Origin: Octopus bimaculoides | Lineage: Eukaryota | Reading direction: 5' to 3' | DNA: 63,089 bases | Assembly: GCF_001194135.2 (NCBI RefSeq) | Contig: NC_068982.1 | Span: 11,031,528-11,094,616, forward strand | Shown here: in pieces, positions 1 through 11,700 of the stretch | How positions within the stretch are numbered: the stretch's first letter is position 1 | Layout of the letters: each line of letters opens with the position of its first letter | Notes under the pieces: generated by a model | Database searches by the model: none | What the model was told of the DNA's origin: nothing | The model's input: the letters and a program-made list of their open reading frames with translations, nothing else | Program-made: the position numbers and the translations under genes

Positions 1-33
<33 letters not shown>

Positions 34-294
34 AAGAAAGATAGACCTTGATAGTAACCCAAAAGAAACTGAACTAACTCTGTTACTTTCATTAATGTTA
101 TTAATTATTGAAGCTACACTATTATTAATTTCATCTTTGAATTTGTGCTATATCGAACTATTTTAAGAAATTGGTTTTAAAAATAAAAGAGTATTCCACC
201 TACGGTACTCATGCAATTAGAGAGGCAGGAACTTTAAAACTAAAACACAAATAATGTTATACTTCTGATTTTAATATGTATGCCGGATCTTCAA

Positions 295-470
295 GGCAGT
301 GTTAGTACGCTAGGCAAAATGCTTAGTGGTATTTCATCCATGTTTAGGTTTTGAGTTCAAATTCCGCAGAGGTCGACTTTGCCTTTCATCCTTTCGGAAT
401 CGATAAAAGAAGTACCAGTTGAACACTGGGGAGGTGGTCTGAACTTGCTGCTTGTGCCAAAATTTAAAAT
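295..470 (+). mobile_element. tRNA-derived SINE, family A
   Basis: GAGTTCAAATTCCGC B-box, GTCGACTTTGCCTTTCATCC body, tail GCCAAAATTTAAAATC; the same consensus recurs more than 20 times in the window. Confidence 0.85.
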
Positions 471-1242
471 CGATATGTATGCTAGATCTCTTAAAATGTA
501 CAACCGCCTACTCAATTCCGCATGATACCGTACTCTGCATGAACAAAAATGATACATTTAATAATGTTATATAAATGTAGAAATCTGCGGGCGAATATCA
601 GAACCTTCTTAATGTAACCCTTCATGTAAGTATGTTATTGCGCTAACACCAGGTACAGAATCAATGCTGAAGCTTATTGAGCTATCGCAATAAATGAAAG
701 TAATTTCTCTCGTAAAGCCTACGGCAGAATACTGCACCAATTTGAAAATTTTATGAGAAAATTAAATAAAATATCAAAGAAAAACGTCCTGTCTTTGATC
801 CTTGTACATAGATCCATACACAGAGAATTGGAAATCAATTGTCTTTCCTTGAGGAATCAATAACCATTACATCAGTGTAACATACCTTTATCTATTCTTG
901 TAACATAATGCAAAGATAATATGCTTTATCCGTTCTCAATGTTGCACGACTCCAATATCTTCTTTCCATTCTAAATATAGTTGACGAAAGCTTATTCGAT
1001 GTTATTACTTATTGCGTTCTTCTTCGCTGAGGAAAAGTGAAATATCTATTCTCTTTACGAGTTTACATATGATATTCACATTTTAAAATTAATGCACATC
1101 TGTGTGCGCATGCGTGTGTGTGTGTCAAATATCTCTCCACACACCTGTAAATTGCTGATTCATACATACGAATCTCGTTCAAATTATGTATGTAATGACT
1201 TGTTTTTTTATGGATAATGATGTTTGTGACTTAACTTTTATT

Positions 1243-1244
<2 letters not shown>

Positions 1245-1278
<34 letters not shown>

Positions 1279-1296
1279 GTAGATAGATAGAATAGA

Positions 1297-1367
<71 letters not shown>

Positions 1368-1457
1368 GGCAGGTAGTTAGGTAGGTAGGTAGGTAAGTAG
1401 GTAGGTAAGTAGGTAGGTAGGTAGGTAGGTAGGTAGGTAAGTAGATAGACAGACAGG

Positions 1458-1534
<77 letters not shown>

Positions 1535-1552
1535 CGATAGATAGATAGATAA
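1245..1552. repeat. Compound tetranucleotide microsatellite (AGAT/AGAC/AGGT)n
   Basis: Direct reading; source of the YLSI/CLSV ORF artefacts. Confidence 0.97.
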
Positions 1553-1657
1553 ATAACTTTCTTTATTGGCCACACAGAGGGGAAAAATGCAAATGTAGAG
1601 CTTTTCTTTTCGAAAATGAAAAAGAAAAGGGGAAAAATGAGAGAGAAAAAGTAAAAT

Positions 1658-2134
1658 NNNNNNNNNNNNNNNNNNNNNNNNNNNNNNNNNNNNNNNNNNN
1701 NNNNNNNNNNNNNNNNNNNNNNNNNNNNNNNNNNNNNNNNNNNNNNNNNNNNNNNNNNNNNNNNNNNNNNNNNNNNNNNNNNNNNNNNNNNNNNNNNNNN
1801 NNNNNNNNNNNNNNNNNNNNNNNNNNNNNNNNNNNNNNNNNNNNNNNNNNNNNNNNNNNNNNNNNNNNNNNNNNNNNNNNNNNNNNNNNNNNNNNNNNNN
1901 NNNNNNNNNNNNNNNNNNNNNNNNNNNNNNNNNNNNNNNNNNNNNNNNNNNNNNNNNNNNNNNNNNNNNNNNNNNNNNNNNNNNNNNNNNNNNNNNNNNN
2001 NNNNNNNNNNNNNNNNNNNNNNNNNNNNNNNNNNNNNNNNNNNNNNNNNNNNNNNNNNNNNNNNNNNNNNNNNNNNNNNNNNNNNNNNNNNNNNNNNNNN
2101 NNNNNNNNNNNNNNNNNNNNNNNNNNNNNNNNNN
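1658..2134. other. Assembly gap (others: 4534-5314, 16821-17642, 45111-45120, 46558-47224, 52901-53394, 59953-60024)
   Basis: N runs, mostly bordered by microsatellites. Confidence 1.
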
Positions 2135-2868
2135 AAAGTGGTTTCGTCGCTCGCACGCACCATCTTTGCTACATTCACCCACCTTTTTTTGAAACTTTCA
2201 CGAGACAAAACCTGCCTCTCTATTCTCACCTTCCTTTTTAAGTGATACTTGAAAAAGTTGATGAGCGATTGGCCAGAGAGGTAAGTGTTTGTCTCTAATC
2301 CTTTCGCTCGAGTCCACCACACACATTCTTTCACCATGGCCACCAGTACGATGAAGACTGCCTTGCCTTCCCGGTTGAGGGACGGTGGCAGAGCAATTTT
2401 CACGATAGACTCGGTCTACAAACGGACTCATCCCACACCTGACAGCAGCCGTTCGGCACAAGTCCATAGGTCTGAAGTGGTTGGACACTGCACGAGTGCG
2501 TGCAGAATGGTTTCGTCTCTCTGACCGCATCTCGAACAAGTCGGTCCGGTGTGTCTCGAACCGTACCTGTAGAGCTTATCCCGAACAGGTAATGCTTCTC
2601 GATAGCACTGCCAGCCCAGGGATCTTTGGTGATTGTCCATAGGTTCCGGCCCAAAAGTTGTCCTGAATAGGCGGGTCAGGTGTTCCTCGTCGACGCCCAG
2701 GTTCTGCCCGAGAAAGTCGTCGCACCTCCCCTCCACTAATCTTCTATAGAACTCCTATGTTGTAATGAAGTCGCACAAGTTTGGTCCCGGACGGCAGAGT
2801 TGCTTAAAAGCAACGCGACACTTGCAGTGCCATTCGCCTAGCCTCGGTCTCTGTTTGGTCCACGACTG
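2135..2868 (-). mobile_element. L1/Tx1-type LINE ORF2 C-terminal fragment (zf-RVT), 5' truncated and frameshifted
   Basis: WQCYREALPVRDKL...CSRCGQRDETILHALVQCP..LW (CCHC zf-RVT pattern), continuing in a second frame as AMVKECVWWTR...FKKRWVNVAKMVR. Confidence 0.85.
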
Positions 2869-2953
2869 CAGTTCATATATATATAAATATATATGAAAAA
2901 TAATTTACATTATTTACATTTGGCGGATATTTGTCCTCATCTTGTTTGTTGTT

Positions 2954-2999
2954 AACACAACGTTTCAGCTGATATGCCCTCCAGCCTTCATCAGGTGTC
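2954..2999 (-). ncRNA. Minimal type I hammerhead ribozyme motif (Penelope type)
   Basis: GACAC-CUGAUGA-A-GGCUG(10 nt)CAGCU-GAAAC-GUU-GUGUU: stem I GACAC/GUGUU, palindromic AACGUU stem III, extra A after A9, G.U at base of stem II. Confidence 0.75.
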
Positions 3000-3035
3000 T
3001 TGGGGTAATTTCAGTCCTGGGTTCTCATTCCTAAG

Positions 3036-3097
<62 letters not shown>

Positions 3098-3101
<4 letters not shown>

Positions 3102-3167
3102 TCACTGCCTGGAATCGAACTCGGAATTTTGGGGTTAGTAACCCGCGCCTTTAACCACTACGCCATA
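3098..3167 (-). mobile_element. tRNA-derived Pol III head (not a functional tRNA)
   Basis: A-box TGGCGTAGTGG, anticodon-like arm GGG-TTACTAA-CCC, B-box GTTCGATTCC; acceptor stem does not pair; runs into (AAT)n. Confidence 0.8.
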
Positions 3168-3217
3168 ACATCTAAAAATACCTTAGGAATGAGAACCCAG
3201 GTTCGAAATTTCCCCAA

Positions 3218-3263
3218 GACACCTGATGAAGGCTGGAGAGTATATCAGCCGAAACGTTATATT
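3218..3263 (+). ncRNA. Hammerhead ribozyme motif, second copy (stem I partly decayed)
   Basis: GACAC-CUGAUGA-A-GGCUG(10 nt)CAGCC-GAAAC-GUU-AUAUU; perfect stem II, 3' stem I strand mutated. Confidence 0.65.
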
Positions 3264-4069
3264 AACAACAAATAAGATGAGGACAAGTATCTGTCAAATA
3301 TAATATACATAATTCCTATCTCTTAAATATAGAACTGTATGAAAAAATAATTATTTTTAAACAGATATAATTACAAAGGAAGAACACAAGAAACTATGAA
3401 AGTTATAACGTTATCGCCAAAACGAAACAACAGCGATAGTTGACGCTACATTTGAGAGAATACAAATTAAAATAGGAATGCTGTTGTCAAAAACAAAAGC
3501 AAGTGCAAAAAGATCGAGCTCTTGGAAAATTTTCAGGAAGCATGCAACTCGACAACTGATAAAAAAAAAAATCAAAAGGCTGATAACCCTAAGAATCAAT
3601 ATATTTCAGAGAAGCGAATAAAAAGTTCTTTAGAAGACTTCATCCATTACACGATAGGAAATTGGAAAACAAAGTAAATTCATTCTGAAAACGAACGTTA
3701 AATTTCTCGCTCAAACGCAACAAGCAACTCACTGAAATACGGTCAGGCTTACGTTTGCATTACCTTACACGTTCCTTAAAGTGAGCTGTGCTGGATTGCT
3801 TCAAAAATCCGATATACACGGACTTGTTAAAAATCTTTCTACGCATATATAATTGCAAATAAAATTTCCGTAAACATCAGCACGTACACACATGGAGATA
3901 TTGTCAATCTGTCTTCGTACAGTATACTATTCCTTTGACCAAATAATTGACAGTGATAGGCAGTTGACAGTGCATATAATCATATATAAGAAAGTGAATA
4001 TTATTATCTGAGAGCTTTTTTAACATTTAAGTTTTAAAGGGAAGTAGTAAAATGTTCACAAGAAACGCT

Positions 4070-4412
4070 AACTTTTTATGTAATTCGGTTGAAGATCTTA
4101 CGTTAGCCAAGTCCCTAAGGAACTTCCGTGAGACGAAACTGTGGATTATCTTATGCCAGACTTTATATTAAAATTGAAACTTAAATTAAACCATACAATT
4201 TTCCTGGTTCTACTTCTCCTCCTATTAATAGTCCATCTAGAACTATCTCCTTTTTTTCTCTCCTTGTTTCTTTCTGTGTTCCTTTCTGTGGAAGAGCATA
4301 GACTCGAAACGTTAAAGACTTTTTCACTTCCCGAGCGCTTTACTAATACATCTGTTTGTTGTCTACACCACCTGTCTTCGTCTTTTGTTTTTTTTTTGTG
4401 AATTCTCCCTAT
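4070..4412 (+). mobile_element. Non-autonomous Penelope-like terminal repeat, family 2 (second copy at 19105-19420)
   Basis: Shared CTCACTTCCCGAGCG...TAATACATCTGTT...GTCTTCGTC segment and hammerhead-like GGCTCGAAA motif in both copies. Confidence 0.6.
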
Positions 4413-5340
4413 ATATATATCGAGGGGAGCAACGTCAAACTCTCTCATCCACCAAATGTCACACATCAGAGGAGGTTTAGTGAAAGTGTAGTAAAGTGAA
4501 ACTAAGAAAACAGGAATAAATATATACATACATNNNNNNNNNNNNNNNNNNNNNNNNNNNNNNNNNNNNNNNNNNNNNNNNNNNNNNNNNNNNNNNNNNN
4601 NNNNNNNNNNNNNNNNNNNNNNNNNNNNNNNNNNNNNNNNNNNNNNNNNNNNNNNNNNNNNNNNNNNNNNNNNNNNNNNNNNNNNNNNNNNNNNNNNNNN
4701 NNNNNNNNNNNNNNNNNNNNNNNNNNNNNNNNNNNNNNNNNNNNNNNNNNNNNNNNNNNNNNNNNNNNNNNNNNNNNNNNNNNNNNNNNNNNNNNNNNNN
4801 NNNNNNNNNNNNNNNNNNNNNNNNNNNNNNNNNNNNNNNNNNNNNNNNNNNNNNNNNNNNNNNNNNNNNNNNNNNNNNNNNNNNNNNNNNNNNNNNNNNN
4901 NNNNNNNNNNNNNNNNNNNNNNNNNNNNNNNNNNNNNNNNNNNNNNNNNNNNNNNNNNNNNNNNNNNNNNNNNNNNNNNNNNNNNNNNNNNNNNNNNNNN
5001 NNNNNNNNNNNNNNNNNNNNNNNNNNNNNNNNNNNNNNNNNNNNNNNNNNNNNNNNNNNNNNNNNNNNNNNNNNNNNNNNNNNNNNNNNNNNNNNNNNNN
5101 NNNNNNNNNNNNNNNNNNNNNNNNNNNNNNNNNNNNNNNNNNNNNNNNNNNNNNNNNNNNNNNNNNNNNNNNNNNNNNNNNNNNNNNNNNNNNNNNNNNN
5201 NNNNNNNNNNNNNNNNNNNNNNNNNNNNNNNNNNNNNNNNNNNNNNNNNNNNNNNNNNNNNNNNNNNNNNNNNNNNNNNNNNNNNNNNNNNNNNNNNNNN
5301 NNNNNNNNNNNNNNTATATGTATATATATATATATATATA

Positions 5341-5663
5341 CGAGGGTGAGTCAAAAAGTAATGCCATTTTGTTTAGGACAGGCATAATTACCAACACAGG
5401 AACATGTATCATACATCAAAATGAAGCTGGTCCTCTGTGGATCACATCCCTACTTCTCAACATAGTCACCGTTTCTCTCATTAGCAATGTTCCACTTTCG
5501 TATGAGAGCATGTATACTTGCCCCGTAAAATTCTGTTGACTGTTGTTTGAGCCACTTCTTCACTACAGTTTTCACTTCCTCGTCACTGGACTATCACTGT
5601 CACAGGTCTATCATCTCTTCGGCCCCATGAAAAAGGGTTTGAGAGGCAAACATTATTCCAGTG
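5341..5663 (-). mobile_element. mariner 3' end (transposase C-terminus + TIR) with internal inversion
   Basis: TA|CGAGGGTGAGTCAAAAAGT TIR; minus strand SSDEEVKTVVKKWLKQQSTEFY...HALIRKWNIA.ERNGDYVEK*; plus strand YHLFGPMKKGLRGKHYSS. Confidence 0.9.
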
Positions 5664-5689
5664 TATATGTATATATGTGTATGTGTGTG

Positions 5690-5915
5690 TATATGTTTGT
5701 GTGTCTGTGTTTGTCCCCTCACCATCACTTGACAACTGATGCTGGCGTGTTTACGTCCCCGTAACTTAGAGGTTCGTCAAAAGGGAGCGATAAAATAAGT
5801 ACTAGGCTTACAAAGAATAAGTCCTGGGGTCGATTTGCTCGACTAAAGGCGGTGCTCCAGCATGGCCACAGTCAAATGACTGAAACGAATAAAAGAATAG
5901 AAGAATAGAAGAATA
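5690..5915 (+). mobile_element. SINE family B (internal (TG)n), 3' half; other copies 15050-15415(-), 35990-36362(+), 52537-52895(+), 55545-55760(+), 58430-58595(+)
   Basis: Recurring GTCCCCGTAACTTAG...GATAAAATAAGTAC...GGCGGTGCYCCAGCATGGCC tail; tRNA-like head seen in the 52537 and 15415 copies. Confidence 0.8.
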
Positions 5916-7359
5916 CTGAAATTGAATACTAAATTATGCTTGGAAGATGGTTAGAGTATTTTCTAATAGAGAAGGCTTTCTCATTTGACTTCCAGTAAGT
6001 ACCGCATTTAATAGTTTCTAAGTGTTCAGTTTCCATGTTAAACCCACATCACCGAAAAAATTGATATCTAACTGAATGAACTTACTTCTGTTATTAAACC
6101 ATTTGATAAACGATGTACTATTGTCACATATGAGAGGGACTATGGAGATTTCCTTTTTCCTTTATGTAAAATCGTATTTAATATACGTGTACCAAGTACT
6201 CTTACTTGTTCTTTCGGGCTTAATAAATCTATATTTAAAGCAATTACGTTAGCAACGAACTAGAAGAATGAGTACTAAATCCTAGAAGAGTGGATAAACA
6301 ATTCTTTTTAATAGAATTTTGTTTTTTACTTCTCTTATTGAAAAATGCTGATCTTTGTCAGTAGGAAACCTTTGATATCAGAGGCGCAACGAAATTACAG
6401 TAACACATACACACATATATTGTATTATATGTGCTTATGCTTATATGCGTATAAGCATACAAATGCAAACAAGTAGGAAAAATAAGAAAGAGGGAGGAAT
6501 AAATTCAAAACGTTGGTCTCTGCGTTTCAGCAAGAAATACTTCATTCTTTTTTTTTTTTCAGAACGAATTTGCTTTGAATCAGAATTACTGAATTCTTGC
6601 AGACACGCATCAGTGCTCTTGCTAGTTTGTTGACTTTTTACTTCCTAATGGATTAAGTACTTTAAGGTATTTTTTTAACTACTCACCGAAATGTATTGAA
6701 TCTTAACGTTACTTGTCTTTTCAACTGTTCTTTTTCATGTGTTGTTATGTTGCCTGATTACTGGCTGTTTTTCAGTGCTCTAACTCGATAAATCTTTAGG
6801 CTTGTATTTGTTTTTCTGGACGAATGTTTCACTTAACTTGCATTCTGTCCGAATTCTACTGTAACATTTTAGGTTTTTTCTAATTCCATTAACTCCCGGT
6901 TCAGTAAAACTCCATTTTATATTTTTTCATCCAATACAATTTCTTGAAATGTGATATCAGTTGTTTCCGTTGTATCGGTTAGCCACGACGTTACATTTCA
7001 CATCATTTGTGTTCCCCTCTGCTATTGTACTTGTATTTCTTTCAAATTGTTTTATTTCATAAAAGATAATTTTAAATAACTTAATGTTAAATCACACTTT
7101 ATATTTACATCCAAAGTCTGCTTCCTCATCTGCATCAAACTCTTGTTTAATACAGGTAGATGCAGCCGTTTTCTTTCATTTCGTTTTTTTTTTTTTAATC
7201 TTTGTGGACCTTCAAAATTTATTTGTAAAAGTGTCTGTATGCGCGTGTTTCTCTGCACGTGTTTTTACGTATATGCATAAATCTTATGGACATATACCTA
7301 CTGATATATGTGAGTATTTGTATATTCCAACGTAATTTTAGATATACGTGTCTATGTAT

Positions 7360-8050
7360 ATAAATGTATGTATGTATGTATGTATGTATGTATGTATGCA
7401 TGACATTGTTCAGTTTTATTTCAAGATTTCTTGCCAATAGAGAGAGCCGGTTTCTAACCTAGATTCGAGGCTCCTTCGTTGGAATTTCAACATCAACAAC
7501 AGGGTATTTTTGTTTGTATGTGTGTATTTACGTATGTATGTATGTATGTATGTATGTATGTATGTATGTATGTATGTATGCATGCATGTATGTATGTATG
7601 TATGTATGTATGTATACATGTATGTATGCAGATTTGTATGTTTTGCTTTATGTATGTACTTTCATGCATATAGCTGCATATCTAGACATGTTCATATATA
7701 TTTAAATGATAAACTTCTGTAAAGTTTTACAGATTTTTACAGTTTCAGTAACGGATTTGATCTGTAGTCTTCGAATTAGCTTTTTCGTTTTTGGTTTTGA
7801 GAAGCCTAATATCTAAAGATTGGTATTAAAAATCCTAAGACCCCCCCAATAATTACAGGTATAAAACTGAACTTGTAATCTGAATAGAATAACTGCAGAT
7901 TTTTCAATAGTTCAGCGTAGATATTCTCTTTTTCATTGAGCTTATGTATATATGTATGCATGTATGCATGCATGTATGTATGTATGTATGCATGTATGTA
8001 TGTATGTATGTATGTATGTATATATGTATGTATATATGTATGTATGTACG
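7360..8050. repeat. Cluster of (TATG)n microsatellites (7360-7400, 7530-7630, 7945-8050)
   Basis: Direct reading; source of YVCM/YIHT ORFs. Confidence 0.95.
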
Positions 8051-8201
8051 TATAAGTAAGTATTGTGTAAAATGTCATTGGATAAATATGCAGACGTACA
8101 GATTAATTTGAATGTCGTCGGTACAGATCGACGATATCGACTAATCCCCTACTCTTGAAATTACTGGCCCTATACCTAAATTTAAAAATAAAAACATTAT
8201 A

Positions 8202-8551
8202 AACAAGAGCACTCAGAGAGCGCAAACCTCCGCCAAGGCAACACCAACGTCCTCTCAACGATTAGCAGGAGATGATTTTTAAAATGAGAATATCTGAAAT
8301 AAACTCGATTGCTCTCACAAACGAGAATACTAAAAAATGAATCCGATCGCTCTCAAAAATTAAGTAAAAAAAAATCAGAAAAATAATCCAGAATCCTTTT
8401 CCAGTATTGGATCGATCCCAAAATCTAATCAGTCCGTGCCAGTCACGAGGCCAAACATCCCTGAAAGTTTCATCCGAATCCATCCATCGGTTCTTGAAAT
8501 ATCTTGTCCACGGACAACAAACAAACAAACCTCCGCTAAAGCGGAGGTAAT
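8202..8551 (-). mobile_element. Helentron-type non-autonomous element (HINE-like)
   Basis: 5' ATTACCTCCGCTTTAGCGGAGGT hairpin followed by (GTTT)n; subterminal TTGGCGGAGGTTTGCGCTCTCTGAGTGCTCTTGTT; no TSD, T-rich ends. Confidence 0.7.
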
Positions 8552-8627
8552 GAAGGGTGTTGAATTGACAGAATTGTTTGGTTCGAAAAAAGAAATTCCG
8601 TAAGTTCTCTAATAATGCCCCTTCATA

Positions 8628-8812
8628 TTGGTTTCAAATTTTGGAAAAAGGCCAGCATTGGAGTCGATTAAATCGATCCCAATTCGTACTTATTTTATAG
8701 ACCACAAAAGGAAAAGTCGACCTTGGCTGCATTTGAACTCTGAACATAAAGACGGACAGAATACCGCTAAGCATTTTCCCAGCATGCTAACGTCTCTGCC
8801 AGCTCGCTGCCC
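8628..8812 (-). mobile_element. SINE family A; further minus copies ~13200-13340, 13560-13790, 29580-29680, 38975-39160, 44600-44805, 44955-45110, 51700-51900, 51910-52105
   Basis: Reverse complement of family A consensus (AAAGTCGACC...ATTTGAACTC...CTGCCAGCTCGC). Confidence 0.85.
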
Positions 8813-9084
8813 TCGTGTGCCTTTATATTCTAGGTTTAGATCACATCAAGACCAGCCTTGCCTTTCAGCCTTTCTTGGTCAATGAATTAGTGCATCATTC
8901 AAATATTGGAGTTGATATAATCGATAATACACTTCTCCAAAAAAATCTGTGGCTTTCACCCGACGTTGATAATTAATAATAGGAAGGAATTTGCCGCGAA
9001 GAGTCACCATGTAAATTAAAATTGGACGTTATATAAAAGTTCCAGTTAGAGGACCACTTGTAACGTCTCATATCACTTAATATT

Positions 9085-9119
9085 GCTGTCGTGGTTGTTA
9101 TTGTTGTTGTTGTTGTTGT

Positions 9120-9160
<41 letters not shown>
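9085..9160. repeat. (GTT)n(GAT)n microsatellite
   Basis: Direct reading. Confidence 0.95.
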
Positions 9161-9161
<1 letters not shown>

Positions 9162-10449
9162 CGGCGGTGGCAGCGACGATGGTATTAAGATATGAATATT
9201 TTAATATATTTATGAAAGAAAAAAAACTAAAATTTCTAAACTTATTTCAGAATAAGTTTCAGTCGATATCTTTTGACAGAGTGCTACACACTCCATTACT
9301 TAGTATTAAACAGTAAATAATTCCTTTTTCATATGAATAATTCATAGACTGTTTTTGAATGAATGAATTTAATAAAAAGAACAGTTCAGAATGGAACGAC
9401 GGTTCACTGGCGATTTATTCTGAAATAATCTATTCCTAGCTGCTTAACGATTTTTTTTTTTAACATAAGGAAATATTACTATTGATTATTTGATATACCT
9501 AACAAAGCGAAGATAAATTTCTTAGCTACCGGACATAATATCCAATGGGGAAGAAAAGCGTAGCTTTTGCGTTGGTTCATCGATATCATCATATGAATAA
9601 TATTTTTTTTTAAAAGTACTAGTATCTCGATTCCTTGCATAGAATAATTGTAAAAAAGTTCCTTTGAATAAATCAAAACTGGTCATAAAGTCACTGCCCA
9701 TCTCTCTGTTTTACACTTATTATAGCGGTCACTACACTCGCTGCTATAATCACTATTATAACATTTGATGTAGTCAAATAATTTTATGGATTGAACACCG
9801 CTCTAAGGACCGCGCTAATTATTCACCAGACATGTAATCACTAAAAGCTGCGAATAAAGCAGAATTTTAATTTCATTTTCAGATGTTACACTTGCTAGAA
9901 TTCATTAGTTTCCATAACAATAATCGATCAATAAAAGATATTGTAGCGTGTCTATAGCAACAATCTGATATGGGTATAACATAATATCGTTCTATCAACT
10001 GGGCGGAGACGTTGGGATAAATGTAATGTTTTCTGATGTAATAGAGTGATTAAAGTAAAGAAATACGCAGGAAACCTCTAATGGATTAACTGCTTCAGTT
10101 ACAACATTTTATCTGTCATAGGTTAAATTGACGGGTATGTCAGCTTGAACTATCGACCATCGACCAGATAGAAACATTTTGCTGTAACCGCTGTTCAATC
10201 TTATAGACATGTGTCTTTATTCAACTGTAAATATGATTCAGTTTGAACATAGATCAAAACTAGAACAAAAAGATAATGATTAATTTACATAGTGGACGTG
10301 GCAGAAATAAAATGCTATAACTAGCAAAAAATGTATAAAACATACATTTCGGTTAAGAAGAAGGAAACGACATGATCTACATAGCGAAGATTTTTTTTTT
10401 TTTCTTGAAAAATTATGTTTTGATTCACCTAAACTATTATTATGTGGAG

Positions 10450-10640
10450 ACACATATGCGTTGGACTCATGATGGCAAGATTGTGATTTCCATTCCTGGA
10501 CTAGTCGATGCATTGTATTCTTGAGCAAGACACTTCATTTCACATTACTCTAGTCTACTCAGCCGGCAAGAATGAGTAATCCTGCGGTGTCTCGTCCAGG
10601 GAGAAATATGTGCACCAGAGAAACCGGACCTATGTACCTT
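10450..10640 (+). mobile_element. CORE-like tRNA SINE, decayed
   Basis: TTCTTGAGCAAGACACTTCATTTCAC core-like motif; tail GTCCAGGG...GAAACCGG similar to the 33401 element. Confidence 0.65.
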
Positions 10641-11199
10641 ACAGAGTAATGTGGAAGAGCAAAGAATTATTATATTGAATTTAATTTAAATGGATGACTT
10701 TTCTGAAGTTTGTTCAACATTTCATGCTTTATAAAATAAGTAGCAATCAAGTACTAGAGATCGATACAATCAGTTTTACAGATCCAAAAGATCTGAGGTT
10801 TTTTATCTCTTTAAAAATTAATATTTTAAGCTCCAGTGAAACGTAATGAAACATCAGGAACCACTGAGCACCTGGTAAAATTTCCCGAAGTGCCAAGGCA
10901 CAGTCAATAGACATATATAGTCCTACGCTTCCTTTACTGATAATCAACATACATCATCGAAAAAAAAATCTTCAGTCTTAAGAAACATTAAATCTTACAA
11001 TTTCTGGTTATTTCTCTTAATATCCGCTTATCTATAACAATTTTATACTATGTGGTGGTCTATTGTGTTATCTGCATATCTATAACTGCCTGATAACCTT
11101 CGCTCTCTCGTAACAACTGCATATCCAGAAGTTGACCATTAATCCCAAACCCTAGCAAAACCTTCCACAGTATGTCTTTATGCCTCATCGAGGTCTACA

Positions 11200-11700
11200 A
11201 AGCAAGGATACAATTCTTGGCAATATCTTCGCGATTTTTCGAAGGCCTGCTCAGATGTTTTGTGTTCGGAAAAATGGTACTAAGACGAAAGCTTTTAACG
11301 TGGGTGAACGACTTTGACAGGGGTACGTACTGTCACCTTTCCTTTTCATAACTTTCATGAACCGGATTGACATGCGCAACCGCAGCGGAAGTGACATCAT
11401 AATCGGTTGGTGTAGGATCGGTGGTATGATATTTGCAGACATGTTGCTACTTGGATCATCAAAAGGTGATCTTTAGCATGCACTGAAAGGGTTCACTGTC
11501 AAGTGCTGCAGGGCAGGGATGAGAATTAGTGTTGCGAAGACTGAGACATTGTTCCTCTCAGGAAAGTCTTCCAATGCACTCCACGCGTTAGTGGAACAGA
11601 AGTATTCACGAACGATTGGAAGCAAGAAACTGAATTGGATAAAAGAATTGCAGGCGCTTGCACGGTAATATGTTCCCTTCTTCGCATATTGCTCTGAAAT
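11200..11700 (+). pseudogene. RTE-clade LINE reverse transcriptase remnant
   Basis: L*QGYVLSPFLF, MIFAD, GMRISVAKTE, FTNDWKQETELDKRIA motifs with in-frame stops. Confidence 0.85.

Larger units (their letters stand above)
2905..3310. mobile_element. Inverted pair of Penelope-like termini (~135-bp arms) enclosing (AAT)n and a tRNA-derived head
   Basis: Arm 2905-3040 is the reverse complement of arm 3177-3310 (AATACCTTAGGAATGAGAACCCAGG...GATGAGGACAA); centre holds (ATT)n and a tRNA-like unit. Confidence 0.85.

Noticed and set aside
885-975. Minus-strand AG...GTATGT-bounded segment
   Set aside because: Stops in all three frames
1231-2403. Long ORFs containing X runs (also 4146-5412, 16796-17686, 46263-47273, 52627-53850)
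   Set aside because: They read through N gaps and microsatellites; only the LINE and Tigger portions are real
3098-3167. Functional tRNA gene
   Set aside because: Acceptor and T stems do not pair, unusual ACT anticodon, (AAT)n tail
7416-8078. YIHT/YVCM, poly-I/N, poly-M/L, SLSL and THTH ORFs throughout the window
   Set aside because: Translations of simple repeats
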